64,000 nt of DNA, taken from Macrostomum lignano. Taxonomy: Eukaryota. The position numbers were made by a program, and so were the translations under genes. The stretch lies in the NCBI GenBank assembly GCA_002269645.1, contig NIVC01000268.1, forward strand, positions 593,647 to 657,646, in the 5' to 3' direction. The stretch's first letter is position 1; every line of letters begins with the position of its first letter. Positions 1 through 11,128 of the stretch are shown here, in pieces. The notes beneath the pieces were generated by a model, which ran no database searches, was not told the DNA's origin, and saw only the letters and a program-made list of their open reading frames with translations.

Positions 1-285
1 ACGAAACCCCTACCCCAATAGCATCTGCCCCCAATGTACACTCTCCTGACTAAACCCTACCCCAGTAGCCTCTGCCCCCAATGTACACTCTCTCCTGACT
101 AAACCCTACCCCAGTAGCCTCTGCCCCCAATGTACACTCTCCTGACTAAACCCTACCCCAGTAGCCTCTGCTCCCAATGTACACTCTCCTGACTAAACCC
201 TACCCCAGTAGCCTCTGCCCCCAATGTACACTCTCTCCTGATCTAACCCATACCACAGTAAGCCTCTGCCCTCAATGTACACCTA
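1..285. repeat. Tandem repeat, 47-49 bp unit, ~6 copies, cut by the window start
   Basis: Unit CTCTCCTGACTAAACCCTACCCCAGTAGCCTCTGCCCCCAATGTACA read directly; units differ by a CT indel. Confidence 0.9.
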
Positions 286-997
286 AAGGCCACTCTAGAA
301 CTTAAAATTGTCGAAAAACATTGTAGCATTTATTCTCATGGCGTATTATTCGTCCTATTTTTGTCCTGGAAAGTTTTCAACAGTTCATTTAAAACAATAT
401 TTCCAAGTTGCATATTCAATCGATGCACTGAATTCCTCTATCACTCACTTTCTAAGCTGTGGCCATAGGATATTCTTTAAGCTTTCAACTTATTTATCCA
501 CTACTAATATACAGTTTTTGTACGTTTTTATCTACGCTCAATGTGAGTTTTTAGAATTGTAACTTCTATTATTAAAACATTACCACGATAAACCGGTTTT
601 TACAATAGTAATATTGAAAATCATTGCCTTGTTACATATGTTATAATTGAATCTCTGTCTGCTTTCACTTTGTCTCTTTGTCTTTTAATAATAAATTTAC
701 CTATTTTAACCACATTGTCTAGTAATTTTAAATTTTATTATTTTATTTTTTAAGTCTTGTTATATACGTTTCCTAGTTTTTTCGTTAAGAACTTTCTTCT
801 CTTAACTTAATTCTATCTAGTTGCAGTTTTATAGTGAACATTTGATCCATCTCGATGGTCAGGAGAAAGTGCTTAATGCCCCTATATAGTTTCTGGATAG
901 TTTCGATACGCTACTTATGTACATTCTGATCTATTTTTATTTTTATTGGTTTACAAATTTGTTTTATGTGTACATGCTCCCGGGATAACATAGAACA

Positions 998-1025
998 CGT
1001 CACAGACAGACAGACAGACAGGCAG

Positions 1026-1083
<58 letters not shown>

Positions 1084-1283
1084 GGAGAGACAGACAGACA
1101 GACACTATGACAGACAGATAGACAGACAGACAGACACTATGACAGACAGATAGACAGAGAGATAGACAGACAGACAGACAGACAGACACTATGACAGACA
1201 AACAGACAGGCAGACAGACGGACAGACAGACATTAAGACACTAAGACAGAGAGACAGACAGACAGACGGACAGACAGACACGC

Positions 1284-1322
<39 letters not shown>

Positions 1323-1569
1323 TAAACACTATGGCAGACAGATAGACAGATAGACAGACACTATGACAGACACTATGACAGACAGATAGACAGACAGACA
1401 GACAGACAGACACACAGACAGACAGACAGACAGACAGACGGAGACACAGACAGACAGACACTATGACAGACAGATAGACAGACAGACAGACACTATGACA
1501 GACAGATAGACAGAGAGATAGACAGACAGACAGACAGACAGACACTATGACAGACAAACAGACAGGCAG

Positions 1570-1600
<31 letters not shown>

Positions 1601-1727
1601 TTAAGACACTAAGACAGAGAGACAGACACGCAGACAGACAGACAGACAGACAGACAGATAGACAGACAGACAGACAGATAAACACTATGGCAGACAGATA
1701 GACAGATAGACAGACACTATGACAGAC

Positions 1728-1776
<49 letters not shown>

Positions 1777-1819
1777 CACAGACAGACAGACAGACAGACA
1801 GACGGACAGACAGACACGC

Positions 1820-1858
<39 letters not shown>

Positions 1859-2105
1859 TAAACACTATGGCAGACAGATAGACAGATAGACAGACACTAT
1901 GACAGACACTATGACAGACAGATAGACAGACAGACAGACAGACAGACACACAGACAGACAGACAGACAGACAGACGGAGACACAGACAGACAGACACTAT
2001 GACAGACAGATAGACAGACAGACAGACACTATGACAGACAGATAGACAGAGAGATAGACAGACAGACAGACAGACAGACACTATGACAGACAAACAGACA
2101 GGCAG

Positions 2106-2136
<31 letters not shown>

Positions 2137-2263
2137 TTAAGACACTAAGACAGAGAGACAGACACGCAGACAGACAGACAGACAGACAGACAGATAGACA
2201 GACAGACAGACAGATAAACACTATGGCAGACAGATAGACAGATAGACAGACACTATGACAGAC

Positions 2264-2312
<49 letters not shown>

Positions 2313-2402
2313 CACAGACAGACAGACAGACAGACAGACATTAAGACACTAAGACAGAGAGACAGACAGACAGAGACAAACAGACAGACAGACGGACACT
2401 CT
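998..2402. repeat. (ACAG)n microsatellite with higher-order block duplications
   Basis: ACAG/GACA runs with the marker GACAAACAGACAGGCAGACAGACGGAC recurring at ~1196, ~1552 and ~2088. The SVCL ORFs here are artefacts. Confidence 0.95.
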
Positions 2403-2687
2403 GACATTTAATCAGACATAGACATAAACATGTTTGAAACGAAGATGCGCTGTGTTTTCTTGTTGTGGTGACTGAATCGTTAAAATCGTAACAAATATAA
2501 TTGACCCTGACTAATTTGCTAACACTTTATAGACGTGAAATTGTCTAATTTCACTACTGATTAATAAAACAAGTAGCATCTAACGCATTTTTTCTGTTAG
2601 TCTTTTTCATTGTACGATTTTGTTTGATCAGGAAGAATTGTAAAATTTTTTGGTGCGAATTTAAATTTTAACTTTCCCTTTTTCTAG

Positions 2688-2837
2688 TTGCCAGCGGCGA
2701 AGACTTCGGACCCCGTGATTCAGCACCTGGTGCGGATGTCGCGGGCTGTTATCGCACTGGAAACCAGACTGAAACGCAATATTGGAGATTTAAAGTGCGC
2801 CGCTCCAACATTTAGAAGTAACGCGGATTTTGACTAA
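2688..2837 (+). CDS. Possible terminal coding exon of an upstream gene (LPAAKTSDPVIQHLVRMSRAVIALETRLKRNIGDLKCAAPTFRSNADFD*)
   Basis: Pyrimidine tract plus CTAG acceptor at 2687, then a GC-richer frame open for 49 codons to TAA within AT-rich flanks. No family recognised. Confidence 0.3.
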   Translation: MPAAKTSDPVIQHLVRMSRAVIALETRLKRNIGDLKCAAPTFRSNADFD

Positions 2838-3222
2838 TAAACAACATTTGAGATTTTATAACTGTGTAGACCGTGTTAACTTGTCGAACTAGTTTGTAAT
2901 TTTAAAATACCGTGATTCTAATTTTATGGAAAGTAGTCATAGTTAGTCGTATTAAACTTGCTTGTGTTGTATGACTTCAAAAAATAAACGATATAGTAGT
3001 TGACAATTCATTTATTAAATGGTCATTTTTATTTGTCTAGCTAGTGCTTTTTTGCCCGAACGAAAAAACATATTGCACTACTTTTCAGACCAGGTATAAG
3101 TAGTACAAGTTGGCGGAATAAATACGAGCGTAAATCGTGTAGCTACAGAAATAATGAAAGACGCACTAGTTAAACCAAACACAAAACTATCTGTACATAA
3201 AGCACAGAACTTATGTCCTTAG

Positions 3223-4191
3223 TTAGAAAATGTTAGCAAGGAACAGCAACCGCCTTCGGTCATACTCAGCCAGAATCAGATTAGCCTGATTACCCAACTC
3301 GATCAGGGCGACCCCAGAAGGCCTTTGAAGTGGGTTGCCTCCAGCATCCTGTAAGAAATTCTGCGAAACATTACCAGCAATGTCATAGACAGTGACAGAG
3401 TTGTTGGCGAACCCGCTAACGATCACGTGACCTTGGCTGTCTGCAGCAATCTGGCATAGCAGCGGTGAGCCGTCGATGGGTCCCGAGTGCTCTCTGAGAT
3501 TCTGCAAGCCAATGCTTAACTTGAAGACGCGGCCGCTTCGATTGTCGCTCATGAAGACGTCGTGCTCAGAAGCGGCAAGACTGCCGAGGTCCGACCCGAC
3601 GAGCAGCGGCTCAGAGCTCAAGTTGACGATGCTCACTGCAGACAGCTGCTTGCTCAGCACCAGCAGTCGAGGTCCGCTCCGGTCCAGCAGCAAAATGCTG
3701 TCGTTGTTTCCAGCTACACCGCAGATGTTCAAAGAGTCGGCGCCTTCGTGCAGTCCGAGACGGTCGGCGCCGAGCTGCAGCGACACTCCGCCGCTGAGGT
3801 CCATCGCCGTGATTCGATCGGGCTGAGCCACGATCACCTGCTGCAGCTGCGAGTCCCAGTGCAGTCCCGTCACCTCCTTGTCCCAGTCGATGGAGTCGCA
3901 GTGAAGCTGGAACGGACCTGCCGAGCCATCCAGAGGCGACACAAGCAGGTAGTTAAAGATGCTCGGGTCGAATGACACCAGGACGCACGGCTGGGTCAGC
4001 GGCGATAAATATTGTTGAGTGCTGTCGGCGTCAGAGGCTCTGACCACTCGGCTGGACGAATTGACAGCGAAGCCTCTTGTACAGGTGCACACAGCCAGCC
4101 GCTTGGGACTGGCCCTCAGATGAGCAACTTTCCATGCCTGAGGTTGGCACGGCTCTGAGCTATTGCGTAGTTTATCAGGTATAAACTGCAT
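3223..4191 (-). CDS. NHL-repeat/beta-propeller-like protein, paralog A (322 aa, intronless)
   Basis: Intact ORF with NHL-like blades (CQIAADSQGHVIVSGFANNSVTVYD; LQRPSGVAL). Two close paralogs lie nearby. Confidence 0.75.
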   Translation of the reverse strand: MQFIPDKLRNSSEPCQPQAWKVAHLRASPKRLAVCTCTRGFAVNSSSRVVRASDADSTQQYLSPLTQPCVLVSFDPSIFNYLLVSPLDGSAGPFQLHCDSIDWDKEVTGLHWDSQLQQVIVAQPDRITAMDLSGGVSLQLGADRLGLHEGADSLNICGVAGNNDSILLLDRSGPRLLVLSKQLSAVSIVNLSSEPLLVGSDLGSLAASEHDVFMSDNRSGRVFKLSIGLQNLREHSGPIDGSPLLCQIAADSQGHVIVSGFANNSVTVYDIAGNVSQNFLQDAGGNPLQRPSGVALIELGNQANLILAEYDRRRLLFLANIF

Positions 4192-4356
4192 GTCTAAATA
4201 GCTTTGATCAGGCTCTTGGCGCTGTTAGGCTGCTTGTTCTTTATAGCTAACCGAAAGATTTTCGGCGGGTTATTGAGCGCAAACAGCAGGTGTAGGCGAT
4301 ATTTACGGAATCTGAATGCGTTTGTCTAATACGGTACTTAATACGATGCTTACGGT

Positions 4357-4412
4357 ACAGCGAAGCCTCTTGTACAGGTGCACACAGAAACCGCTTGGGT
4401 CTGGCGAGAAGT
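4357..4412 (-). pseudogene. Short relic of the 5' coding part of an NHL-like paralog
   Basis: CAGCGAAGCCTCTTGTACAGGTGCACACAG...CCGCTTGGG matches 4065-4108 and 8297-8340. Confidence 0.7.
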
Positions 4413-5042
4413 CTGTCTCGGAAAATCTAGATTTTGTGCCCTAATTGGTGAATATCCGAGTGTTCAAAATCTAGCAGTTTTATAGCAATTCTATTAGATT
4501 GTTCAGGAAAATCCGAGTAGTCCGATTTTCAGTAACCTTCGTCCAGTATAGAAACTAGAGCGCATTAATGATCGCAATATCTTATTTAATTTACGCACTT
4601 GCGAACTTTAACACAATTTTCTACCTGGGTGCAGGAAATGTTTGTCTATGCAGTCTGGCACAGGAGGGCAAATATGCATTTGCGTACGGTGTGTGTGTCT
4701 TGTGCACAGAATTTCTTGGAATTTTTGCAATGCCTGCAATGTTCAAGTGAGAATTTATGACGATTCTCTAAAAATACAAGAAACTGGATCTTGCAACAGT
4801 GAGCCGCGTTGCAGACCGTCTTGAGATGAAAGCGTGTTGAGTACATTTTAAGTTAACGCTCGTAGTAAATAGAAAACTTAAGTTAGCTCCCTTTACCGAG
4901 GCAGTACATTTTAACTTGTTTGTAATGTACGCTCGTACGAATAATTATAACCTTTTCGTTTACACCCACGCAATCGCGATACAGTCTTGAGCTTCGTCAT
5001 GGCCATTGGTTGGAGCACATTTTTAAGCTAAATAACCACTAA

Positions 5043-5578
5043 CAGGCGCGTCGCCACCGAGCGGAGGGGACAGAGGGGACATGTCCCGACCAGAAAAAGC
5101 TATGGGGGATATGCCAATGCTTTGTACCCTCCCCCCCACACCTTGTGAATCGTTGTGGTAATCAATAATTTTTCTTCAGGGTGCCAAAATGTAGCGCCTA
5201 CGGCGCTAAAATGAGTGGCTGCAGCTCCAAAATGAGTGCCTGCGGCGCCAAAAGTAATGCCTGCCTGCGACGCCAAAAGTAATGCCTGCCTGCGGCGCCA
5301 AAAGTAATGCCTGCCTGCGGCGCCAAAAGTAATGCCTGCCTGCGACGCCAAAAGTAATGCCTGCCTGCGGCGCCAAAAGTAATGCCTGCCTGCGGCGCCA
5401 AAAGTAATGCCTGCGGCGCCAAAAGTAATGAATGCCTGCGGCGCTAAAATGAGGGCTGACAACATAATTGTCAAAATAATGGAAATGTAGGAATTTAGTC
5501 AAGTACATTACATGCGTGTACATGTTGAATTTTTGGCTTTGTCCTCCCCCCACTTTAAAATCCATGGCGACGCCCCTG
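5043..5578. mobile_element. MITE (hAT-like) with internal 21-25 bp tandem repeats, copy 1
   Basis: Terminal inverted repeats CAGGCGCGTCGCCA / TGGCGACGCCCCTG; degenerate 8-bp flanks ACCACTAA / GCTACTAA (6/8); internal GCGGCGCCAAAAGTAATGCCTGCCT repeats. Confidence 0.7.
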
Positions 5579-6152
5579 GCTACTAAAAAGCTTCATAATC
5601 AATAAGCTTACAAAACGTTCAAGACCTTCTGATAGGATTAAGAAGATACTGCAGCCGCAAGAAGTTTCTTAAGTTTGTGAGATGTAAAGCAAATAAATTA
5701 ACTCTCTGTGTGTCTAGATTTGTTTGCTTAAAGTACAAACTGTGCTCATTAAATACTTATGTGAAGTTATTTCAAAGTGCGTAATCAATTCTATTACAAT
5801 CTGACGAAAGAGAAGTCTGCAGCAATATGATTACAGACTCAGAAGCCTCGTATCTCACAAACAGCCCAAAACCCGAACCGTAAAATAGTGGACAGTCAAA
5901 TTTGTCAGCGTATGTTACTGCATAAAAGTTTCTATTTGTGTATTATAATTACAGAAATGTGGTACGGCTTTGTCACCAGTTATCATCCACAACGCGTTAT
6001 TGTATGGCATTATTTACTTGGAAATATATGCAACCATGCCGAGACAAGAATATTGTTTAGGGGGACAAGTCGTGAAGCTACAAGTGTAGATGTATGGTAA
6101 ATAATCCTCTGCAGTTACATTTAGTTTACGAGTGAGTTCCCTTCCGAAAAAG

Positions 6153-6410
6153 TCAACTTAGTACTCGACAAAACTGTTGGCAAAAGTCAGAGATGTGCTC
6201 CGTACGGTAGCTCAGATCAAGGTAGGATGAGGTCAGAGGCAGCACCAGCAACCTCATTCTGCCATATTCGGCCAGCAGCAAGCAGGCCGTGAAGACTCTG
6301 TCTGACTCCCGAACGGCGACGCCAGACGGCAAACGAAGCGGATTGCCTCGAATCTCCGCAAGAGGCTGCAGTACTCTGCCATCTGTGTTGAGAACGGCAA
6401 TCGAGGGTTC
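6153..6410 (-). pseudogene. 5'-truncated copy of paralog B (C-terminal ~85 codons), duplicated with ~570 bp of 3' flank
   Basis: SIAVLNTDGRVLQPLAEIRGNPLRLPSGVAV...CQQFCRVLS is nearly identical to the B C-terminus; 5585-6410 aligns with ~6805-7635. Confidence 0.85.
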
Positions 6411-7385
6411 GAATGTCTTAGCAAAATCGAACAATTTGATTCAATTAGAAATTTTCCGAATTATTCAGATTTTCCGTAACTTTGATGCAGTGTACCATAA
6501 CTCCATCTAGAAACTATAGCGCTTTAATGGTCTCAGTCATATATTTTACGCCCTTCATATCATGCGAACTCTATAACACAATTGTCTGTCTGGTGCAGGA
6601 AATATTTTCCTATGTATATGCTAACACAAGAGGGCTATTCAAGTTGCAGACTTACGGTTGCTTCATATATTCATTTGCGAATAGGTATGCATCTTTTCTA
6701 GTCTTAGCCTTAGTCTAGCTTAGTCTTATTCTTACTCTTAGCCATGGCCATTTGTCAAATTACATTTTTTGTGAGATAAATAGCTACTAAATATGCATCA
6801 ATTGTTTAGAAGCTTTATAATCATAAAGCTTACAAACGTTTGGGATCTTCTGAAGGGATTAGAAGATCTTTTAACCGCAAGAAGTTTCCAGCTTGTGAGA
6901 AGTTCCGTTTGGTTGCTTAAAGTACAAACTGTGCTCATTAAATACTAAAGTGAAGTTATTTCAAGTGTGCGGAATTGGGTCTATCATCTATGCCAATAGA
7001 CGTCTGCAGCAATACGACTACACAGACGCAACCCTGTCTCTCAAAAACCTCAAACCCGTACCGTGAAACAGTCGACAGTAAAAATTTTCAGTGTATATGA
7101 TTCTGGATAAAGTACGAGTATTTAATTAGTGTATTTTAACTCCAGAAATGTGCTACGTCGGTTTTGTCACCAGGTATCAGACACAACGCATTAGTGTAAG
7201 AATTGATTACAAAAATATACTACCGAAAATTATGGCTTTATTACGTTACTTGGAAATTTATACAACCATGACAAGACAAGAATATTGTTAAGGGGGAACA
7301 AGTCATGAAGCTACACGTTTAGATGTATGATAAATAATCCTCTGCAGTTACATTTAGTTTACGAGTGACTTCCGTTCGGAAAAAG

Positions 7386-8390
7386 TCAACTTAGTACTCG
7401 GCAAAACTGTTGGCACAAGTCAGAGATGTGCTCCGTACGGTAGCTCAGATCAAGGTAGGATGAGGTCAGAGGCAGCACCAGCAACCTCATTCTGCCATAT
7501 TCGGCCAGCAGCAGGGTGAAGCTTCCGCCTGACTCCAGAACGGCGACGCCAGACGGCAAACGAAGCGGATTGCCTCGAACCTCCGCTAGAGTCTGCAGCA
7601 CTTTGCCATCTGTGTTAAGGACAGCAATCGAGTTGCTGGTGAATCCGCTAACAACCACGTGACCTCTGCTATCGGCCGCAATCTGGCAGAGCCGCGGCGA
7701 GCCTAATACTACTTCTGAGTGTACCGTAACACGCCCCGTTTCGATGCACAGCTTGAAGATGCGACCAGTTGAGTTGTCCCCGACGAAGATGCTCTTACCG
7801 GACGCGGCGATGCTTCCAAGGTCGGCATTGGCGAGTAGCGGCTCAGAGCTCAAGTTGACGATGCTCCATATCGGTCGCCGCTTGCTCAGCACCAGCAGTC
7901 GGGGTCCGCTCCGGTCCAGCAGCAAAATGCTGTCGTTGTTTCCAGCTACGCCGCAGATGTTTAAAGAGTCGGCGCCTTCGCGCAGTCCGAGACGGTCGGC
8001 GCCGAGCTGCAGCGACACTCCGCCGCTGAGGTCCATCGCCGTGATTCGATCGGGCTGAGCCACGATCACCTGCTGCAGCTGCGAGTCCCAGTGCAGACCC
8101 GTCACCTCCTTGTCCCAGTCGATGGAGTCGCAGTGAAGCTGGAACGGACCTGCTGAGCCATCCAGAGGCGACACAAGCAGGTAGTTGAAGATGCTCGGGT
8201 CGAATGACATCAGGACGCACGGCTGGGTCAGCGGCGATAAATATTGTTGAGTGGTGTCGGCGTCAGAGGCTCTGACCACTCGGTTGGACGAGTTGACAGC
8301 GAAGCCTCTTGTACAGGTGCACACAGCCAACCGTTTGGGACTGGCTCTCAGAAAGTCGTGCTCAATTTTTGCAGACGACTGATTAGGCAT
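7386..8390 (-). CDS. NHL-repeat/beta-propeller-like protein, paralog B (334 aa)
   Basis: Intact ORF. Core (LRASPK...LLVLSK) is near-identical to A and C; N-terminus and C-terminal half are divergent. Confidence 0.75.
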   Translation of the reverse strand: MPNQSSAKIEHDFLRASPKRLAVCTCTRGFAVNSSNRVVRASDADTTQQYLSPLTQPCVLMSFDPSIFNYLLVSPLDGSAGPFQLHCDSIDWDKEVTGLHWDSQLQQVIVAQPDRITAMDLSGGVSLQLGADRLGLREGADSLNICGVAGNNDSILLLDRSGPRLLVLSKRRPIWSIVNLSSEPLLANADLGSIAASGKSIFVGDNSTGRIFKLCIETGRVTVHSEVVLGSPRLCQIAADSRGHVVVSGFTSNSIAVLNTDGKVLQTLAEVRGNPLRLPSGVAVLESGGSFTLLLAEYGRMRLLVLPLTSSYLDLSYRTEHISDLCQQFCRVLS

Positions 8391-9533
8391 ATTTTAGTTA
8401 TCTTTCGGTCAATTAATTTTGTTATAAACAGTAGTTCACTCGTTAAACGCAACCGTCCATTCGTAAGGTAAAGTTATTTAACGCAGATTCACAATTCAGA
8501 TTATTCTATTTATGTTCTTTGAAAAGAAAATCCACGTGAAGCTGCATTTAGTGCGCCAGCCACTGTCAGAGCAGTTTTTGCAAGGGTTTTCTGCCGTTCT
8601 TGCTCTCTCTCTGTCTCTTGTAGCAGTTTATGCAGTGTAGACGGTTTTATATTTTATACGCCATTCAGTCATGTCAGGACAGTAATTTTATATTGATAAC
8701 GATTATCCGACTGAAATTTTTCACGTACAGGAAGATAAAAGTTAATTTTCAAAAATAATTTGCAAAGAACGTTTTTATCTTGCTTTTTATTAAATTCAGT
8801 GCAAATGGACTAAATAAATTATCACTGTTGTGCTGAGCATGTTAGAAGTCAATTAGTACCGTACAAGTAATGTAATGTATGAAGGTCAGAATAATTATCT
8901 GAAAAGTGCAAGATGCACTTTAGTTCAAGCATAAAATATTGGAGCATTTTGTGCAGCTGACTATAGATTGGTCCAGCATAGCATCAAAATTGGTCGCCGG
9001 CACTAGTTTTATTTGGCGATGCAGTCACTCATAAATTTATGCAGATCATAAATGTATAGTGAGCTTTAAATTGAAGTTCAGCATTAGGAGTATTCTGCTA
9101 TAATTAGGATGAAATAAGTTATACCGATGATAAACAAAGTTCCTTTTTAAACGGCCTCTCCAATTACCAGATGGCCCCAGCGCAAGAAAGTGCCGACACA
9201 GAAGGTACAATAATTCGTGCGGTTAATTGTACACTGTTGGTGCAACTATTGTACACTGATATGAGTGTGTACAGCACAGCTGATGCAGTGAGCTAAAAAT
9301 AGATACTCAGGCTACTTTTAGGACAAGAGTACTTTACAATCCAGTCGTATACTGAATACGGTACTGACTGTGGACGATTCTGATTAAGTACCGTATTAGA
9401 CAAACGCATTCAGATTCCGTAAATATCGCCTACATCTGCTGTTTGCGCTCAATAACCCGCCGAAAATCTTTCGGTTAGCTATAAAGAACAAGCAGACTAA
9501 CAGCGCCAAGAACCTGATCAAAGCTATTTAGAC

Positions 9534-10580
9534 ATGCAGTTTATACCTGATAAACTACGCAATAGCTCAGAGCCGTGCCAACCTCAGACATGGAAAATTG
9601 CTCATCTGAGGGCCAGTCCCAAGCGGCTGGCTGTGTGCACCTGTACAAGAGGCTTCGCTGTCAATTCGTCCAGCCGAGTGGTCAGAGCCTCTGACGCCGA
9701 CAGCACTCAACAATATTTATCGCCGCTGACCCAGCCGTGCGTCCTGGTGTCATTCGACCCGAGCATCTTTAACTACCTGCTTGTGTCGCCTCTGGATGGC
9801 TCGGCAGGTCCGTTCCAGCTTCACTGCGACTCCATCGACTGGGACAAGGAGGTGACAGGTCTGCACTGGGACTCGCAGCTGCAGCAGGTGATCGTGGCTC
9901 AGCCCGATCGAATCACGGCGATGGACCTCAGCAGCGGAGTGTCGCTGCAGCTCGGCGCCGACCGTCTCGGACTGCACGAAGGCGCCGACTCTTTGAACAT
10001 CTGCAGCGTAGCTGGAAACAACGATAGCATTTTGCTGCTGGACCGGAGCGGACCCCGACTGCTGGTGCTGAGCAAGCAGCTGTCTGCAGTAAGCATCGTC
10101 AACTTGAGCTCCGAGCCGCTGCTCGTCGGGTCGGACCTCGGCAGTCTTGCCGCTTCTGAGCACGACGTCTTCATGAGCGACAATCGAAGCGGCCGCGTCT
10201 TCAAGTTGAGCATCAGCTCGCAGAGTCTCACAGAGCACTCGGGACCCATCGACGGCTCACCGCTGCTATGCCAGATTGCTGCAGACAGCCAAGGTCACGT
10301 GATCGTTAGCGGGTTCGCCAGCAACTCTGTCACTGTCTATGACATTGCTGGTAGTGTTTCGCAGAATTTGATCGGCATTTTTTCAGCATGGCAACCTTTT
10401 AAGCTTCCGTCTGGCGTCGCGGTTTTCGAGTCCGACACTGGTATCACACTGCTCGTGTCCGACTACGGTAGCAAAACTTTGTATGCGATTTCGTCTCCGT
10501 TTGATGAGTCTGACAAAGAAGTGGAGAAATTTTTGGGAATCTCCTTTTCCGAGGTGTTTAATTGTCGGTCCAGTGCCTAG
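9534..10580 (+). CDS. NHL-repeat/beta-propeller-like protein, paralog C (348 aa), inverted relative to A and B
   Basis: Intact ORF. 9383-10369 is a 987-bp inverted near-copy of 3356-4342; the C-terminal ~70 aa are unique. Confidence 0.75.
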   Translation: MQFIPDKLRNSSEPCQPQTWKIAHLRASPKRLAVCTCTRGFAVNSSSRVVRASDADSTQQYLSPLTQPCVLVSFDPSIFNYLLVSPLDGSAGPFQLHCDSIDWDKEVTGLHWDSQLQQVIVAQPDRITAMDLSSGVSLQLGADRLGLHEGADSLNICSVAGNNDSILLLDRSGPRLLVLSKQLSAVSIVNLSSEPLLVGSDLGSLAASEHDVFMSDNRSGRVFKLSISSQSLTEHSGPIDGSPLLCQIAADSQGHVIVSGFASNSVTVYDIAGSVSQNLIGIFSAWQPFKLPSGVAVFESDTGITLLVSDYGSKTLYAISSPFDESDKEVEKFLGISFSEVFNCRSSA

Positions 10581-10692
10581 AAGAGCTGTTGTTTCATAGT
10601 GTTTTGATGGGCTCTTGTTTCATTGTGTACTGTGGATTGTGCTTGTATAAACGCCATTTTATTACCATGTAAAAAATTACTTGCATGTCATG

Positions 10693-11128
10693 CAGGGGCG
10701 TCGCCGTAGATTACTGTATATGGTGGGGGAAAAAGCTAAGAATTCTACATGTTGTACATATAGATGCAAGAGTAAATTCAGCTACATGTACATTATTTTC
10801 AGAGTTGATGCACTTAATTGGTTGTCGGCGCTCATTTTGGCGCCGCAGGCACTCATTTTGGCCCCTCAGGCACTCATTTTGGTGCCGCAGGCCCTATGTT
10901 TTGTCGCCCTGAAGCCGTTGAGTCGTTTTTTTTTCTAATCGATCGCATACCTACCTACCTAGATAGATAGATACCTACCGACAGACCATTTTTAGTAGAT
11001 GGATAACGGCCGTCACAATTAAGCTGGTGGGGTGGGGGACAAATTAATAAAAGCATTGGCATGTCCCCCATAGCTTTTACTGGGAGGAAACGTCCCTCCT
11101 GCCCCCCCCCCCGGTGGCGGCGCCCCTG
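10693..11128. mobile_element. MITE copy 2 (opposite orientation to copy 1), interrupted by a Helitron stub
   Basis: TIRs CAGGGGCGTCGCC / GGCGGCGCCCCTG; shares AAAAGCTATGGGGGA(C/T)ATGCCAATGCTTT and GCGGCGCCAAAATGAGTGCCT units with 5043-5578. Confidence 0.7.
10911..11003 (-). mobile_element. Helitron 5'-end stub (~90 bp) nested in the MITE
   Basis: Minus strand reads A|TCCATCTACTAAAAATGGTCTGTC, matching the TCCTATATACTAAAAATG 5' terminus of the array units. No CTAG end. Confidence 0.6.

Noticed and set aside
911-2407. SVCL-repeat ORFs, and the similar long periodic ORFs at 17.8-19.0, 32.3-33.0, 34.8-37.2, 38.6-39.3, 46.2-48.9, 50.0-50.5 and 62.4-62.8 kb
   Set aside because: They are translations of stop-free tandem repeats, often open in several frames or on both strands, and many lie inside demonstrable introns.
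3476-3975. Antisense ORFs over the NHL-like genes (also 7744-8220 and 9750-10249)
   Set aside because: Shadow frames of GC-rich coding sequence, with no independent features.
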